Origin: a virus
IMG/VR virus record: IMGVR_UViG_3300045988_062174
Length of the DNA stretch: 56,139 nt
Strand: one strand, 5' to 3'
Of the stretch, positions 44,371 through 53,886 are shown piece by piece. Both the position numbers and the translations under genes were made by a program. Below the pieces are notes generated by a model. That model saw only the letters and a program-made list of their open reading frames with translations. It had not been told where the DNA came from and made no database searches. The number at the start of each line of letters is the position of its first letter. Position 1 is the stretch's first letter.

Positions 44371-44389
44371 TTTACTTCGAGAAAGTAAA
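44371..44389 (+). promoter_or_regulatory. Hairpin / inverted repeat TTTACTT-cgaga-AAGTAAA in the leader of the rightward operon
   Basis: 7-bp perfect arms. It contains a TTCGAG half-site. Confidence 0.4.
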
Positions 44390-44429
44390 CTACATATGCA
44401 AAAATCCATCAGAAAGGAGGAAAAGCATA

Positions 44430-44849
44430 ATGCAGGGCAATATCACTGACTGGGGCAAGGAAGTTAAGAAGGGTCTGATTGAACGAGGCTGGTCTATCAA
44501 CGATTTGGCTGAGAGAATCGGCAAGTCAAGAACCAGGGTATCCGGAGTTGTGAATGGCCGGATTTACTCGGATTCGATTGCAAGTGCAATCAGTGACCTT
44601 CTCAATATCGAAAAGGCATCAGCGTCCATGAAAGAAGCAACCAGAGATTGGTGTATGGATGCAAGAAAAGCCATGATTGACCTGGATATGAATACAGCGG
44701 AGCTGGCTGAGAAGACTGGTTACTCCACACAATATCTGAATGCAATTATCTGTGGCAGATGCTATTCGCCACCGGTTATGAAAGTGATAAGCGGTGCGCT
44801 CGGAATCCAGGAATATCAAGGGAAACAGGATTCCTCTAAAGACAGTTAA
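44430..44849 (+). CDS. Tandem-HTH regulator (two internally duplicated HTH modules), Cro-position
   Basis: DWGKEVKKGLIERGWSINDLAERIGKSRTRVSGVVNGRIYS is repeated as DWCMDARKAMIDLDMNTAELAEKTGYSTQYLNAIICGRCYS. Confidence 0.65.
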   Translation: MQGNITDWGKEVKKGLIERGWSINDLAERIGKSRTRVSGVVNGRIYSDSIASAISDLLNIEKASASMKEATRDWCMDARKAMIDLDMNTAELAEKTGYSTQYLNAIICGRCYSPPVMKVISGALGIQEYQGKQDSSKDS

Positions 44850-44877
44850 ATTGTAACAGGAAAGATGGTGTGAAGAA

Positions 44878-45372
44878 ATGGGAAGAGGCTCTACGAAAGG
44901 TAATGAAAATGTGTATTTTGTTGCCAGAAAAAGGGCAGCAATGTACAACGAGAGGCTATACTCCAGAGAAGGTGCGGCGGAGTTGCTTGGCATATCTGTT
45001 TCAACACTCGCAGATTATGAGTTGGGAAATACGAAGGTAGTTCCGGTAGACAAAGTGGTTCTCATGGCGGACCTCTATAATGCACCGGAGCTGAAAACTG
45101 GGTATTGCAAGCATGAATGCCCGATATGCAGTTATCTTCCGGTTGCAACAGAGGCGAAAGGCCTGGAAGGGATAACCCTTCGACTGATGAAGAGACTGGA
45201 TTGCGATGAGCTGAACCGCATCAAAAAAGAACTCGTAGACATTACAGAAGATGGAATCATCGACGAAACAGAGAAGCCGGAGCTGAAAAAGATCCTGGCT
45301 TTTTTAGATGAAGTTGCGGAGTCCATCAGCGAACTGAAAATCGTAGGCGAGAAGTTTTTGAAGAAGGTGTGA
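44878..45372 (+). CDS. XRE-family HTH regulator with a Cys-containing C-terminal domain
   Basis: The HTH reads REGAAELLGISVSTLADYELGNTKVVPVDKVVLMADLY. Confidence 0.65.
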   Translation: MGRGSTKGNENVYFVARKRAAMYNERLYSREGAAELLGISVSTLADYELGNTKVVPVDKVVLMADLYNAPELKTGYCKHECPICSYLPVATEAKGLEGITLRLMKRLDCDELNRIKKELVDITEDGIIDETEKPELKKILAFLDEVAESISELKIVGEKFLKKV

Positions 45373-45374
45373 GT

Positions 45375-45509
45375 ATGGATGTGCAAAAAATGCTTGAAAT
45401 TCTGAAAAGAGATTACGGAATCGAAAGCAAAGAGGAACTGATAGAAAGATTTGAGTCCAGCAAGGGGATCAACATCGGAATTTTCACTGAACGGAGGCAG
45501 ACAGCATGA
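45375..45509 (+). CDS. 44-aa hypothetical protein
   Basis: My own translation gives MDVQKMLEILKRDYGIESKEELIERFESSKGINIGIFTERRQTA. ATGA coupling to the next gene. Confidence 0.35.
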   Translation: MDVQKMLEILKRDYGIESKEELIERFESSKGINIGIFTERRQTA

Positions 45510-45799
45510 GAAGCAGAGTTATGAGACGTAGGATGCACAGGGTTCTGTGGAAGAAACTGAGCAGAATCTACGCAGTGGATATGGCAGAAGTTCTGGGCTG
45601 GATAGAATACATAAGCATCACGGGAATTTTCCAGTGCTTTTGTATTGTGATGGCTTGTGAGCAGAGAGGCAGGGTAGCTTTTGGAGGAGAGTATTTGATT
45701 CTTCCGGCGGCGATACTTGCAAGACTGTGGATTCCAGAAATGATACAGAGTGTGAGTGGCGTTCTGGAGATGCCGGATGAGGAAGAAGATAATGTGTGA
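45506..45799 (+). CDS. Membrane protein (97 aa)
   Basis: Hydrophobic segments ISITGIFQCFCIVMA and YLILPAAILARLWIP. Confidence 0.45.
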   Translation: MRSRVMRRRMHRVLWKKLSRIYAVDMAEVLGWIEYISITGIFQCFCIVMACEQRGRVAFGGEYLILPAAILARLWIPEMIQSVSGVLEMPDEEEDNV

Positions 45800-46007
45800 G
45801 ATATGCGGACAGAATCCTTGCCATCCGAGATGCCCGAATGCTCCGGAACCGAAAGAGGTTCATATCTGTTCGGAATGCCTGGAAGGAATCTATCCGGGCG
45901 ACAGATTCTATGAGAGCTGCGGAAGTTATGTGTGCGAGGAGTGCTTAAAAAGCATGACGATTGATGAAATATTTGAATTACTGGGTGAGAGCCTGGAAAA
46001 AGCATAG
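45792..46007 (+). CDS. Zinc-finger protein (71 aa)
   Basis: MCEICGQNPCHPRCP...CSECLEG...CGSYVCEEC. Confidence 0.5.
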   Translation: MCEICGQNPCHPRCPNAPEPKEVHICSECLEGIYPGDRFYESCGSYVCEECLKSMTIDEIFELLGESLEKA

Positions 46008-46017
46008 GAGGTAGGAT

Positions 46018-46857
46018 ATGGGACAGATGACCGTAGAACAGTGGTACGGCACGATAAAAACCGGACTGACAAAGAAGCTGACCGAAAACAAAGAAGCGTT
46101 ACCGGCTGGCTTTAATCAGCAGAGATTTATTCTGAATTGCATTACGGTAATCCAGGATATGATGAAGGACGATAAGAAGAAAGCACAGTTGGAGAAGATC
46201 AACCCGGAAACTATCCCGGTTTGCCTGGCAAAAGCGGCATACCTGGGACTGGATTTTTTTAATGGAGAGTGTTACGCAATCCCGTATGGCGGAAACCTCA
46301 CTTTTCAAACTGATTACAAAGGCGAGATCAAATTGTGCAAGCGGTACAGCAAAAATAAGATTAAAGACATTTTTGCGAAAGTAGTACGGCAGGGCGATTT
46401 CTTCATGGAAGAGGTAGATGGAGGCAAACAGAATGTGAAGTACAGACCGAAGCCGTTTTCCAATGAACAGATGATTGGAGCATTCGCTATTGTGGTTTTT
46501 GAAGATGGTTCGATGATGTATGACACGATGAGTTCGGAAGACATCGAAAATGTCAGAAACACATACTCTAAAGCAAAAGACAGCCAGGCATGGAAAAGCA
46601 GCACTGGTGAGATGTACAAGAAAACGGTATTGAGAAGATTGTGCAAGTTGATTGATTTGGACTTTGACAATATAGAGCAGCAGAAAGCCTACGAAGATGG
46701 TGGGGATGCGGTATTCAATCAGCAGTCCCTTCCGGGAGCAACAACAGGACAGGCATTGTTGCCGGAGAATGATAAGCCGGTAGACGCATTTGCGGCGATA
46801 AAATCCCAGAAGCAGGCAGAACCGGTTATTGACGGAATGATTTTGGAAGAGGCGTAG
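46018..46857 (+). CDS. recT: RecT-family single-strand annealing recombinase
   Basis: The pattern LGLDFFNGECYAIPYGGNLTFQTDYKGEIKL...MYKKTVLRRLCK is RecT-like. Confidence 0.8.
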   Translation: MGQMTVEQWYGTIKTGLTKKLTENKEALPAGFNQQRFILNCITVIQDMMKDDKKKAQLEKINPETIPVCLAKAAYLGLDFFNGECYAIPYGGNLTFQTDYKGEIKLCKRYSKNKIKDIFAKVVRQGDFFMEEVDGGKQNVKYRPKPFSNEQMIGAFAIVVFEDGSMMYDTMSSEDIENVRNTYSKAKDSQAWKSSTGEMYKKTVLRRLCKLIDLDFDNIEQQKAYEDGGDAVFNQQSLPGATTGQALLPENDKPVDAFAAIKSQKQAEPVIDGMILEEA

Positions 46858-46870
46858 GAGGCAGTGACAT

Positions 46871-47668
46871 ATGGTTTTGACGGCAGAGAATTATTATAGC
46901 AAAGAAGCGAACAAGGAGTACATGAGCGTGTCCCAGTATAAGGATTTCGCCGGAACATACGGAAAGATGGCGTGCGAATTTTCGGCCATTGAGAAGTTGG
47001 AAGAACGGTGGGCGCAGAAAAAGACCACGCCGCTTCTGGTAGGTTCCTACGTGGATTCCTACTTTGAAGGAACACTCGAAGAGTTCAAGAAAGAGAATCC
47101 GGAAGTGTTCACTCAGAATGGCGAGCTGAAAGCAAATTATAAGCAGGCAGAGAGAATCATCGCCAGAATGGAGAGAGACCCACTGTTCATGCAGTATATG
47201 AGCGGAGAAAAGCAGGTCATTATGACCGGAGAGCTGTTCGGGGCAGAATGGAAAATCAAAATTGACAGCTTCGTGAGAGGAGTCGCGATTACGGACCTTA
47301 AGGTTATGGAATCGATCACTAAACTGAAGTGGGTAAAAGACATCGGCTATTTAGATTTCGTGCGGTATTGGGGTTACGATATCCAGGGTGCGATATACCA
47401 GGGAATCGTGTACCAGAACACCGGAGAGAGACTGCCATTCTACATTGCGGCCGGAACGAAGGAAAAAGAGCCAAACATCGAAGTGATTCATGTGACGCAG
47501 AATTATCTCGATGAAGCGAAACACATGGTAGAAATGAATATGCCGAGAATCCTTAGAGTGAAGAATGGGGAGGCCGAGCCGGACAGATGCGAGATGTGCG
47601 ATTGCTGTAGGCATACAAAGGTTTTGAAGAGACCGATTTCAATTACGAACCTGGTAGCCGGAATTTAG
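46871..47668 (+). CDS. PD-(D/E)xK exonuclease partner of RecT (DUF3799 / exonuclease VIII-like)
   Basis: It begins with ENYYSKEANKEYMSVSQYKDF and has DLKV in the core. It directly follows recT. Confidence 0.65.
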   Translation: MVLTAENYYSKEANKEYMSVSQYKDFAGTYGKMACEFSAIEKLEERWAQKKTTPLLVGSYVDSYFEGTLEEFKKENPEVFTQNGELKANYKQAERIIARMERDPLFMQYMSGEKQVIMTGELFGAEWKIKIDSFVRGVAITDLKVMESITKLKWVKDIGYLDFVRYWGYDIQGAIYQGIVYQNTGERLPFYIAAGTKEKEPNIEVIHVTQNYLDEAKHMVEMNMPRILRVKNGEAEPDRCEMCDCCRHTKVLKRPISITNLVAGI

Positions 47669-47679
47669 GCGGTGAGCAG

Positions 47680-48489
47680 ATGGCAGATAACAAAAAATAC
47701 TACTACTTGAAATTGAAGGAGGATTTCTTCGATTCTGATGAAATGCTGCTTCTCCAGGGGATGAAAGACGGGTACTTGTACAGTGACATACTGATGAAGA
47801 TGTACCTGCGGAGTCTGAAAAACGAAGGGCGGTTGATGTACAAGGACTATATCCCATACAGCCTGGAGATGATTTCGACGATTACGAGGCACCAGGTAGG
47901 GACAGTAGAACGTGCGATGAAGATTTTTGAGCAGTTGAAGTTGGTAGAGGTGCTGGATAACGGTGCAATCTACATGATGGATATTCAGAATTTCATCGGG
48001 CAGAGTTCCACAGAGGCGGACCGGCAGAGGAAGTATTATCGCCGCATCCAGGATGAGAAGAAACTGAGCGGCTCCCAGACGCCGGAGGCATTGATTCCAG
48101 AGATGCAGGAACCGGAGCAGGAGAAACCGTCAGTAGAAAAGCCACCGAAGCCGAAAAAGGCAACTGTAAAGAAGGAAGACACGATGCAGCTCTATGAGCG
48201 TCTGGCTCCGGATTATGCACTTGGCGGCGAAATCAGAGAAAAGATGCGTGAATGGTGTACATACAAGATTGAACGCAAGGAAGGTTATAAAGAGCAGGGC
48301 ATGAAATCCCTTCTCCGGCAGGTAGAGAAGAAAGTGGCAGAATTTGGAGAAGGTCGGGTGTGCGATTTGATTGAGGAGTGTATGTCAAATAACTGGAAAG
48401 GCATTATCTGGGATAAAATGATGCAGATTCCGCAGAGATCAGCCGGGGACCGGATTCAAAACAGAGTGAGTGAGGTAGATAACTGGTAA
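47680..48489 (+). CDS. Phage replisome organizer
   Basis: The N-terminus KKYYYLKLKEDFFDSDEMLLLQGMKDGYLYSDILMKMYL is typical of the replisome organizer N-terminal domain. Confidence 0.75.
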   Translation: MADNKKYYYLKLKEDFFDSDEMLLLQGMKDGYLYSDILMKMYLRSLKNEGRLMYKDYIPYSLEMISTITRHQVGTVERAMKIFEQLKLVEVLDNGAIYMMDIQNFIGQSSTEADRQRKYYRRIQDEKKLSGSQTPEALIPEMQEPEQEKPSVEKPPKPKKATVKKEDTMQLYERLAPDYALGGEIREKMREWCTYKIERKEGYKEQGMKSLLRQVEKKVAEFGEGRVCDLIEECMSNNWKGIIWDKMMQIPQRSAGDRIQNRVSEVDNW

Positions 48490-49142
48490 TGACAAGAGAG
48501 GAGTTCAAAACGCTTGTTAAGGGAATGAAAGCTGTATATGCACAGCCGACATTCATCCCGGACCAGGATGCTTTCAATGTATGGTTTGAGTTGCTGAAAG
48601 ATATTCCGTATCAGCAGGCCAACGTAGCAATCCAGAAGTACATGCTGACAGAGAAATTTCCACCAACGATAGCAGACATCAGAGAAAAGGCAACGCAGAT
48701 TGTTGAGAGCGTGGATAACAGCATGAGCGAGTTGGAGGCATGGTCTTTGGTAAGAAAGGCGGTCAGAAATTCCGGGTATCATTCAGTGGAAGAATTTGAG
48801 AAACTGCCGGAGGCTTGCCAGAGAGCTGTAGGAAGTGCGGCAAATCTGAAAGAGTGGGCGTTGATGGATTCTGAAAGGGTTGAGACAGTAGAGCAGTCTC
48901 ATTTTATCCGGAATTACAGGACAACAGTGCAGAGAATCAGCGAGGAGAAAAAGCTGCCGGAATCTATCCGGTTGCTGATTGCCAGCATGAGAGACAATGC
49001 GTTGGAGTTGGAAAAGAAAGAGCAGCCTGTGCTCGAAGTTAAGAAACAGGAGGAAGAAAAAACAGATCCAGAACCTGGAATGTCTGAGGAAACGAGGGCA
49101 AAGTTCCAACAGGTCATGCGGAACTTACAGGGGAAGATGTGA
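48489..49142 (+). CDS. Replicative helicase loader/inhibitor-like protein
   Basis: MTREEFKTLVKGMKAVYAQPTFIPDQDAFNVWFELLKDIPY matches my recollection of that family. TAATG coupling to the organizer gene. Confidence 0.6.
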   Translation: MTREEFKTLVKGMKAVYAQPTFIPDQDAFNVWFELLKDIPYQQANVAIQKYMLTEKFPPTIADIREKATQIVESVDNSMSELEAWSLVRKAVRNSGYHSVEEFEKLPEACQRAVGSAANLKEWALMDSERVETVEQSHFIRNYRTTVQRISEEKKLPESIRLLIASMRDNALELEKKEQPVLEVKKQEEEKTDPEPGMSEETRAKFQQVMRNLQGKM

Positions 49143-49161
49143 CATGGAGGTGAAGTGACAT

Positions 49162-49557
49162 ATGGATATGGCAGAAATCGGAGCGAATATCCGGAGCTGC
49201 AGGACAGAAAAGGATATGACGATGGAGGAACTGGGAAAAGCAATCGGCAAGAGCCAGTCGGCGGTAGCGGATTATGAAAAAGGCAGAGTAGACATCCCGG
49301 CATCCTCTCTCATCAAGATTGCAGAGGTCCTGGAAGTCCACCCGGCGAAGCTGTTTGGTATGCAGACGGCGGATGAGCAGTTTAAGCCGGACGCCACGCT
49401 GAGAATTTTCAGTGCGGAGGACAGGCGGACTATTGCAGGAATCCTGGTAATGAACGGTTATACAACCCGACATATCAAGGTTGCGAGAGAAGGAAAGAAG
49501 AGTAGCTGGTACTGCATCCAGGCCATGCTTGAAGAAAGCAACCTGGGAAGTCAGTAG
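49162..49557 (+). CDS. XRE-family HTH protein (131 aa)
   Basis: IRSCRTEKDMTMEELGKAIGKSQSAVADYEKGRVDIPASSLIKIAEVL. Confidence 0.65.
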   Translation: MDMAEIGANIRSCRTEKDMTMEELGKAIGKSQSAVADYEKGRVDIPASSLIKIAEVLEVHPAKLFGMQTADEQFKPDATLRIFSAEDRRTIAGILVMNGYTTRHIKVAREGKKSSWYCIQAMLEESNLGSQ

Positions 49558-49566
49558 GAGGCGGAT

Positions 49567-49995
49567 ATGGAAAAAGTAAAGTTTACGGTATACGGGGAAC
49601 CGAAAGGGAAGGGCAGACCGAGATTCAATACGAAGACCGGTCACGCCATGACCCCGAAAGATACGGTGTCCTATGAAAATCTGGTAAAGCTGGAATGGCA
49701 GACAGCCTACGGGACAGAGAGCTTTCCGAAAGAGGCGATGCTGGATATGAGGATTAAGGCATATTACCGGATTCCTAAGTCGGCATCGAAGAAAAAAAGA
49801 GCGGCGATGCTGGCTGGAGAGATACGTCCGACTAAGAAGCCGGATATGGATAACGTAGTAAAGATTATCGCTGACAGCCTCAACAATCTGGCATATTACG
49901 ATGATACGCAAATTGTTGACTGCCAGTGCCGGAAGTTCTACTCGGAGAATCCGAGAGTAGAAGTGACGATTATAAATTTGTCGAAGGAAGAATAG
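49567..49995 (+). CDS. rusA: RusA-family Holliday junction resolvase
   Basis: FTVYGEPKGKGRPRF...KPDMDNVVKIIADSLN is the RusA pattern. Confidence 0.8.
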   Translation: MEKVKFTVYGEPKGKGRPRFNTKTGHAMTPKDTVSYENLVKLEWQTAYGTESFPKEAMLDMRIKAYYRIPKSASKKKRAAMLAGEIRPTKKPDMDNVVKIIADSLNNLAYYDDTQIVDCQCRKFYSENPRVEVTIINLSKEE

Positions 49996-50008
49996 GAGGA
50001 AATTCACA

Positions 50009-51025
50009 GTGGATGAAAAAATGGAAATAAGACTCGTGAATCCAACGGAAGACGGATTCTTGCAGAAGATTGACTGGAACAAAGCGGAGCTGGAGGCGAA
50101 TGTCAGAAGTATCGTGGAAGCATACCAGGGCTTGGTGTATACGGAAGATACGGTATCGGATGCGAAGAATGACAGAGCCGCCCTTAGAAAATTGCTCAAT
50201 GAGATCGAGGACAGAAGAAAGCTTGTCAAGAAAAAGTGCATGGAGCCGTATGAGGTATTCGAGAATGACTTGAAGGATGTAACGGTACTCATCAAGGAGC
50301 AGATCAGCATCATTGATGGACAGGTAAAGGAATACGAGAACAGCGTAAAAGAGGAGAAGAAAGCCAGATTGCAGGATGTATATACTGAGGCAATTGGAGA
50401 ACTGGCAGAGTTACTTCCTTTTGAGCGAGTGTTTGAGGCACAGTATCTGAATGTGAGCTTCAAGGAAAGTAAGGCGTCAACCGAAATTCAGGAAAAGATT
50501 CAGAGAGTAAAGAGTGACTTGGCGGCCATTGACGCACTGGATAGCAAGTACAAGCTGAATGCGAAGGACGTATATGTGAGAACACTTGATATGTCCCAGG
50601 CCATGGCTGAGAATGCCCGTCTGATTAAGTTTGAAGAGCAGATGGAGGCAGACCGTAAGAGAAAAGCCGAGGAAGAGGAACGCCGGAGAGCCGAAGCAGA
50701 AGCCAGAGCCAAAGAAGCGGAGGAACGTAGACGCCAGGAGGCAGAAAAAAATGCTGCGGAACGTGCGGAGAGAGAAAAGGCACTGGCAGAACAGCAGGCC
50801 CAGGAGGAAAGAGCTTCGGAATCTGGCTACAACGCACCGGTTCCGGATAAGACGGCGGATGTGCAGAGTGAGGAACCGGCAGAAAAGCCGGCTGAAAAAG
50901 AAGCTCTTCCGGAGGAAAAGAAATATAAGGCAACCTTCTATGCGATTGGCACGCTCCAGCAGTTGAAGGATTTGCAGGAGTACATGAAAGAACATAATAT
51001 CCAGTTCGGAAAGGCGGGTAAGTAG
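50009..51025 (+). CDS. DUF1351-like protein with a Glu/Arg/Ala-rich coiled coil
   Basis: The N-terminal pattern WNKAELEANVRSIVEAYQGLVYTEDTVSDAKNDRAALRKL resembles DUF1351. GTG start. Confidence 0.55.
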   Translation: MDEKMEIRLVNPTEDGFLQKIDWNKAELEANVRSIVEAYQGLVYTEDTVSDAKNDRAALRKLLNEIEDRRKLVKKKCMEPYEVFENDLKDVTVLIKEQISIIDGQVKEYENSVKEEKKARLQDVYTEAIGELAELLPFERVFEAQYLNVSFKESKASTEIQEKIQRVKSDLAAIDALDSKYKLNAKDVYVRTLDMSQAMAENARLIKFEEQMEADRKRKAEEEERRRAEAEARAKEAEERRRQEAEKNAAERAEREKALAEQQAQEERASESGYNAPVPDKTADVQSEEPAEKPAEKEALPEEKKYKATFYAIGTLQQLKDLQEYMKEHNIQFGKAGK

Positions 51026-51026
51026 A

Positions 51027-51716
51027 ATGAGTGATTTTGTGAAGGAATTGAATTTTGATGGCGATACCTTTAATGACATGAAGAGAGATATGAATTTTGT
51101 CTTACAGCGACTGCTCGGTAATATGCAGGAAAAGGAATGCCAGGAGGGAACGCTGACGCTGAAACTTGATGTGTCGCTCGTGAGAGAATACGTGCCGAAC
51201 TACAATCCGAACATTCCTGGAGAGAGCAGAGAGATTGCGAAGCCGAAGTTCAGTCACAAGGTAACAAGCCAGATGAAGGTTGAGGATATGAAAAAAGGCA
51301 ATTTGGACACTGAGATGGAGCTGTTCTTGAATGAGGAGACCGGGGAGTACGAGATGAGACCGGTTGCTGATACTACACAGAGAAGCATTTTCGATGCAGA
51401 CTACAGAGATGTGACGGAGCCGGGACCGGCAGGAATCGAGCCGGATATTGGTCTGGAGTATATCGAACACCCGGAACTTCCGGGAGAGGTAGCAGATGAA
51501 CATGCACTTCCTGGCCCGGTGGAAGAATACGAGGATGCAGATGAGAGCGTATATGACGATTCTACGGGCGATAACCCGGAAGATACACAATTTACTGATG
51601 AAACCGATTTAGACGGTGCAGGGGATGGTACAGAGATTACAAGTGACTTTGAGGAAGACGAAACCGACACCGAAGATGATGAGTATGGATATGATGAACC
51701 AGAGGAGGAAGAGTAA
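51027..51716 (+). CDS. Hypothetical protein with an extremely acidic C-terminal tail (229 aa)
   Basis: The C-terminal roughly 90 aa are dominated by D/E. Confidence 0.55.
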   Translation: MSDFVKELNFDGDTFNDMKRDMNFVLQRLLGNMQEKECQEGTLTLKLDVSLVREYVPNYNPNIPGESREIAKPKFSHKVTSQMKVEDMKKGNLDTEMELFLNEETGEYEMRPVADTTQRSIFDADYRDVTEPGPAGIEPDIGLEYIEHPELPGEVADEHALPGPVEEYEDADESVYDDSTGDNPEDTQFTDETDLDGAGDGTEITSDFEEDETDTEDDEYGYDEPEEEE

Positions 51717-52199
51717 ATGAATTTAAGAGATTTGGTAGGAAGAATGGCAATCAGAACAGATAAGGTGCGTGAGGCAATGCCATGGGAAATGGAACGTGCG
51801 TTTCGCTTAGATTTCATGGTTCCTGTACCGATTTTTGATAGAGAAAAGTACATGGACGAGCCGGTAAGAATCCTGGCGGTGGAAGGAACCCAGGTTGTTA
51901 TCGAGGAAGATGGAAAGAGAAAACTGTTGGAGAGAAGATACATTGATGAACGCTGGACGGATTATGAGAGACTTCTGCATCCGGAAGAGGAAGAGAAGGA
52001 AAAAGCTGAAAAGCTGATGAAGGAGTTCGAGGTAGCGGCGGAACCTATCAAGCATTTCCTGGCAGAGCATTATGACCCGATGTGTACGGCGGTGATCTCC
52101 ATGGATAACATCCAGATTTTCAGAGGAGAACTGGGCGAGCCGATTCAGAATATCTGTTGCCGGTGCGGAGCAGAGGTTGAAGAGGAAATGAAGGGATAA
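51717..52199 (+). CDS. Hypothetical protein (160 aa)
   Basis: TAAATG coupling. Confidence 0.55.
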   Translation: MNLRDLVGRMAIRTDKVREAMPWEMERAFRLDFMVPVPIFDREKYMDEPVRILAVEGTQVVIEEDGKRKLLERRYIDERWTDYERLLHPEEEEKEKAEKLMKEFEVAAEPIKHFLAEHYDPMCTAVISMDNIQIFRGELGEPIQNICCRCGAEVEEEMKG

Positions 52200-52202
52200 T
52201 AA

Positions 52203-52361
52203 ATGGATAAAAGGCCGAGAAAAGAAGATGGGTCATTGTTCATATCGTGTAAATCATGCGGAGTGCCGCCGGACAGGTGCAAGGGCTTTTGTATTTTCCA
52301 GAGAATGACGGCAGAAGCAGAAAAGCAGAAACAGGAGGAAAAGTCGAATGGCAAAATTTAA
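52203..52361 (+). CDS. Possible 52-aa Cys-rich protein
   Basis: My own translation gives MDKRPRKEDGSLFISCKSCGVPPDRCKGFCIFQRMTAEAEKQKQEEKSNGKI. It fills the 52200-52347 gap. Confidence 0.3.
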   Translation: MDKRPRKEDGSLFISCKSCGVPPDRCKGFCIFQRMTAEAEKQKQEEKSNGKI

Positions 52362-52980
52362 TATCGAAGTAGAACTTGACTGGATGGATGAAGAGGCATA
52401 TTCCATCGATGATGAGTTAAGAGAACGGATTGTGAAGGGCGTGGAAAACGCCCTTCTGGAAAAGGCAACGAATGAAGCTGTAAAGGCAGTGGATAATAAA
52501 ATTGCAGAGAAGATTCTGGAGGCGGAAGAAACGATACAGGCAACCGTAGACCAGTTCATTGCGAATGTGTGCGAGGAGAAGATTGGAAAGATTGTTATCC
52601 CGGAAAAGAAAAGCACCTGGAGCGATGAAGTAACGTACAAGCCTCTGTCTGAATACGTGGGAGAGAGATTTGAGCTGTTCCTTACGGAAAAGAGATATGA
52701 CAGGGACGGCCGCATTGCAAGTTATTCCAGTGACAGGAAATTATCCGCCGCCGGTCTGCTCACGAGTCAGTATCTGGAAGAGGAACTTGGAAAGAAGGTT
52801 GAAAAGCTGATTGCGAATGCTAAGAGAGAGGTAGAGGAATCTCTGATAAAATCACTGGAACAGAATTTGAAAGAAAACCTTGCGAAAGACACGATTGAAA
52901 GAATGAATATCCCGGAAGTGTTGAAGAAATTAAGCAACATAGGAGCAAAGCAGGTAACCGGAACATCATTGCCGGAGTAA
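52348..52980 (+). CDS. Hypothetical protein (210 aa)
   Basis: CAGGAGGAAAAG RBS. Confidence 0.55.
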   Translation: MAKFNIEVELDWMDEEAYSIDDELRERIVKGVENALLEKATNEAVKAVDNKIAEKILEAEETIQATVDQFIANVCEEKIGKIVIPEKKSTWSDEVTYKPLSEYVGERFELFLTEKRYDRDGRIASYSSDRKLSAAGLLTSQYLEEELGKKVEKLIANAKREVEESLIKSLEQNLKENLAKDTIERMNIPEVLKKLSNIGAKQVTGTSLPE

Positions 52981-52992
52981 AGGAGGAAGGAT

Positions 52993-53298
52993 ATGAGTGA
53001 TTTTACCATAGGGCATGTTACAGACACGAAGGAAGGACCGATGGATGGAGTGTACGCTGAGACGAAGGGCACATACACGAAGTTCAAAGGAACCGGAGCA
53101 TTTCAGAAAGAGAAGAGAATCCTGTATCAGAAAGTAACGGATGTCGGAATCAAGGCCAGTTTGCAGACCGGCATGGTAAGTATCAATGACAGAAACCGGA
53201 ACCAGGCAATAGCAGTCAGCATTACGGAGATGGTTGCGGTTTTGAATGAGGCTTTGAGATACGGAACGGCAGGAATGGGAAAGAAGGTGCGGCTGTGA
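52993..53298 (+). CDS. Hypothetical protein (101 aa)
   Basis: AAGGAGGAAGG RBS. Confidence 0.55.
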   Translation: MSDFTIGHVTDTKEGPMDGVYAETKGTYTKFKGTGAFQKEKRILYQKVTDVGIKASLQTGMVSINDRNRNQAIAVSITEMVAVLNEALRYGTAGMGKKVRL

Positions 53299-53543
53299 TC
53301 AACAGGGCAAGCGAAGGAACGTGCCGTCAGTGTGGCAGAAGAATCCTGTGGGTGCGGATGAAGTCCGGAAAGAATATGCCGGTAGACATGGCACTGCATA
53401 ATTACAAGAAGGACAGCACCGGGAAAGAGAAGATCGTCACGCCGGACGGAGAAGTAGTGACAGGAAGAATCCTGGTAGGCGAGCGTGGAGATGGAGCAGG
53501 ATATATTTCACACTTCGCTTCATGCAAGAAGTATCGGAGGTAG
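53295..53543 (+). CDS. Small zinc-binding protein (82 aa; CRQCG...HFASC)
   Basis: GTGA coupling and Cys/His pattern. Confidence 0.5.
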   Translation: MINRASEGTCRQCGRRILWVRMKSGKNMPVDMALHNYKKDSTGKEKIVTPDGEVVTGRILVGERGDGAGYISHFASCKKYRR

Positions 53544-53546
53544 AGC

Positions 53547-53786
53547 ATGACGCATGAGTTGAAGACATACCCGAAATACTTCCAGGAGACGATAGAGGGC
53601 AATAAACCGTTTGAAATCCGGAAGAATGACAGAAACTTCCAGGTGGGAGACGTACTGATTCTGAAAGAATGGGATAACATCAAATACAGCGGAAGAGAAA
53701 TCGGAGCGGTAGTAAGATATGTTCTCAGAGACTTTATCGGATTACAGGAAGGTTATGTGGCACTTGGGTTACAGATTTTAAGTTAA
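53547..53786 (+). CDS. DUF3850 / ASCH-like (PUA-fold) protein
   Basis: MTHELKTYPKYFQETIEGNKPFEIRKNDRNFQVGDVLILKEWD matches the DUF3850 pattern. Confidence 0.65.
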   Translation: MTHELKTYPKYFQETIEGNKPFEIRKNDRNFQVGDVLILKEWDNIKYSGREIGAVVRYVLRDFIGLQEGYVALGLQILS

Positions 53787-53886
53787 AAAGAAAAGCCGCC
53801 ATATCCCCATGGCAGCTCCTCAAATGTTCGTAGATAGATTCATTATATGGAGCGGAGCAAGAAAAGTCAAGGAGGTATGGCGGTAT

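Noticed and set aside
49114-50463. 449-aa ORF on the minus strand
   Set aside because: It is antisense to four well-supported + strand genes (HTH, RusA, DUF1351). The product is low-complexity and Ser/Phe/Leu-rich with no RBS. This is a typical shadow ORF.
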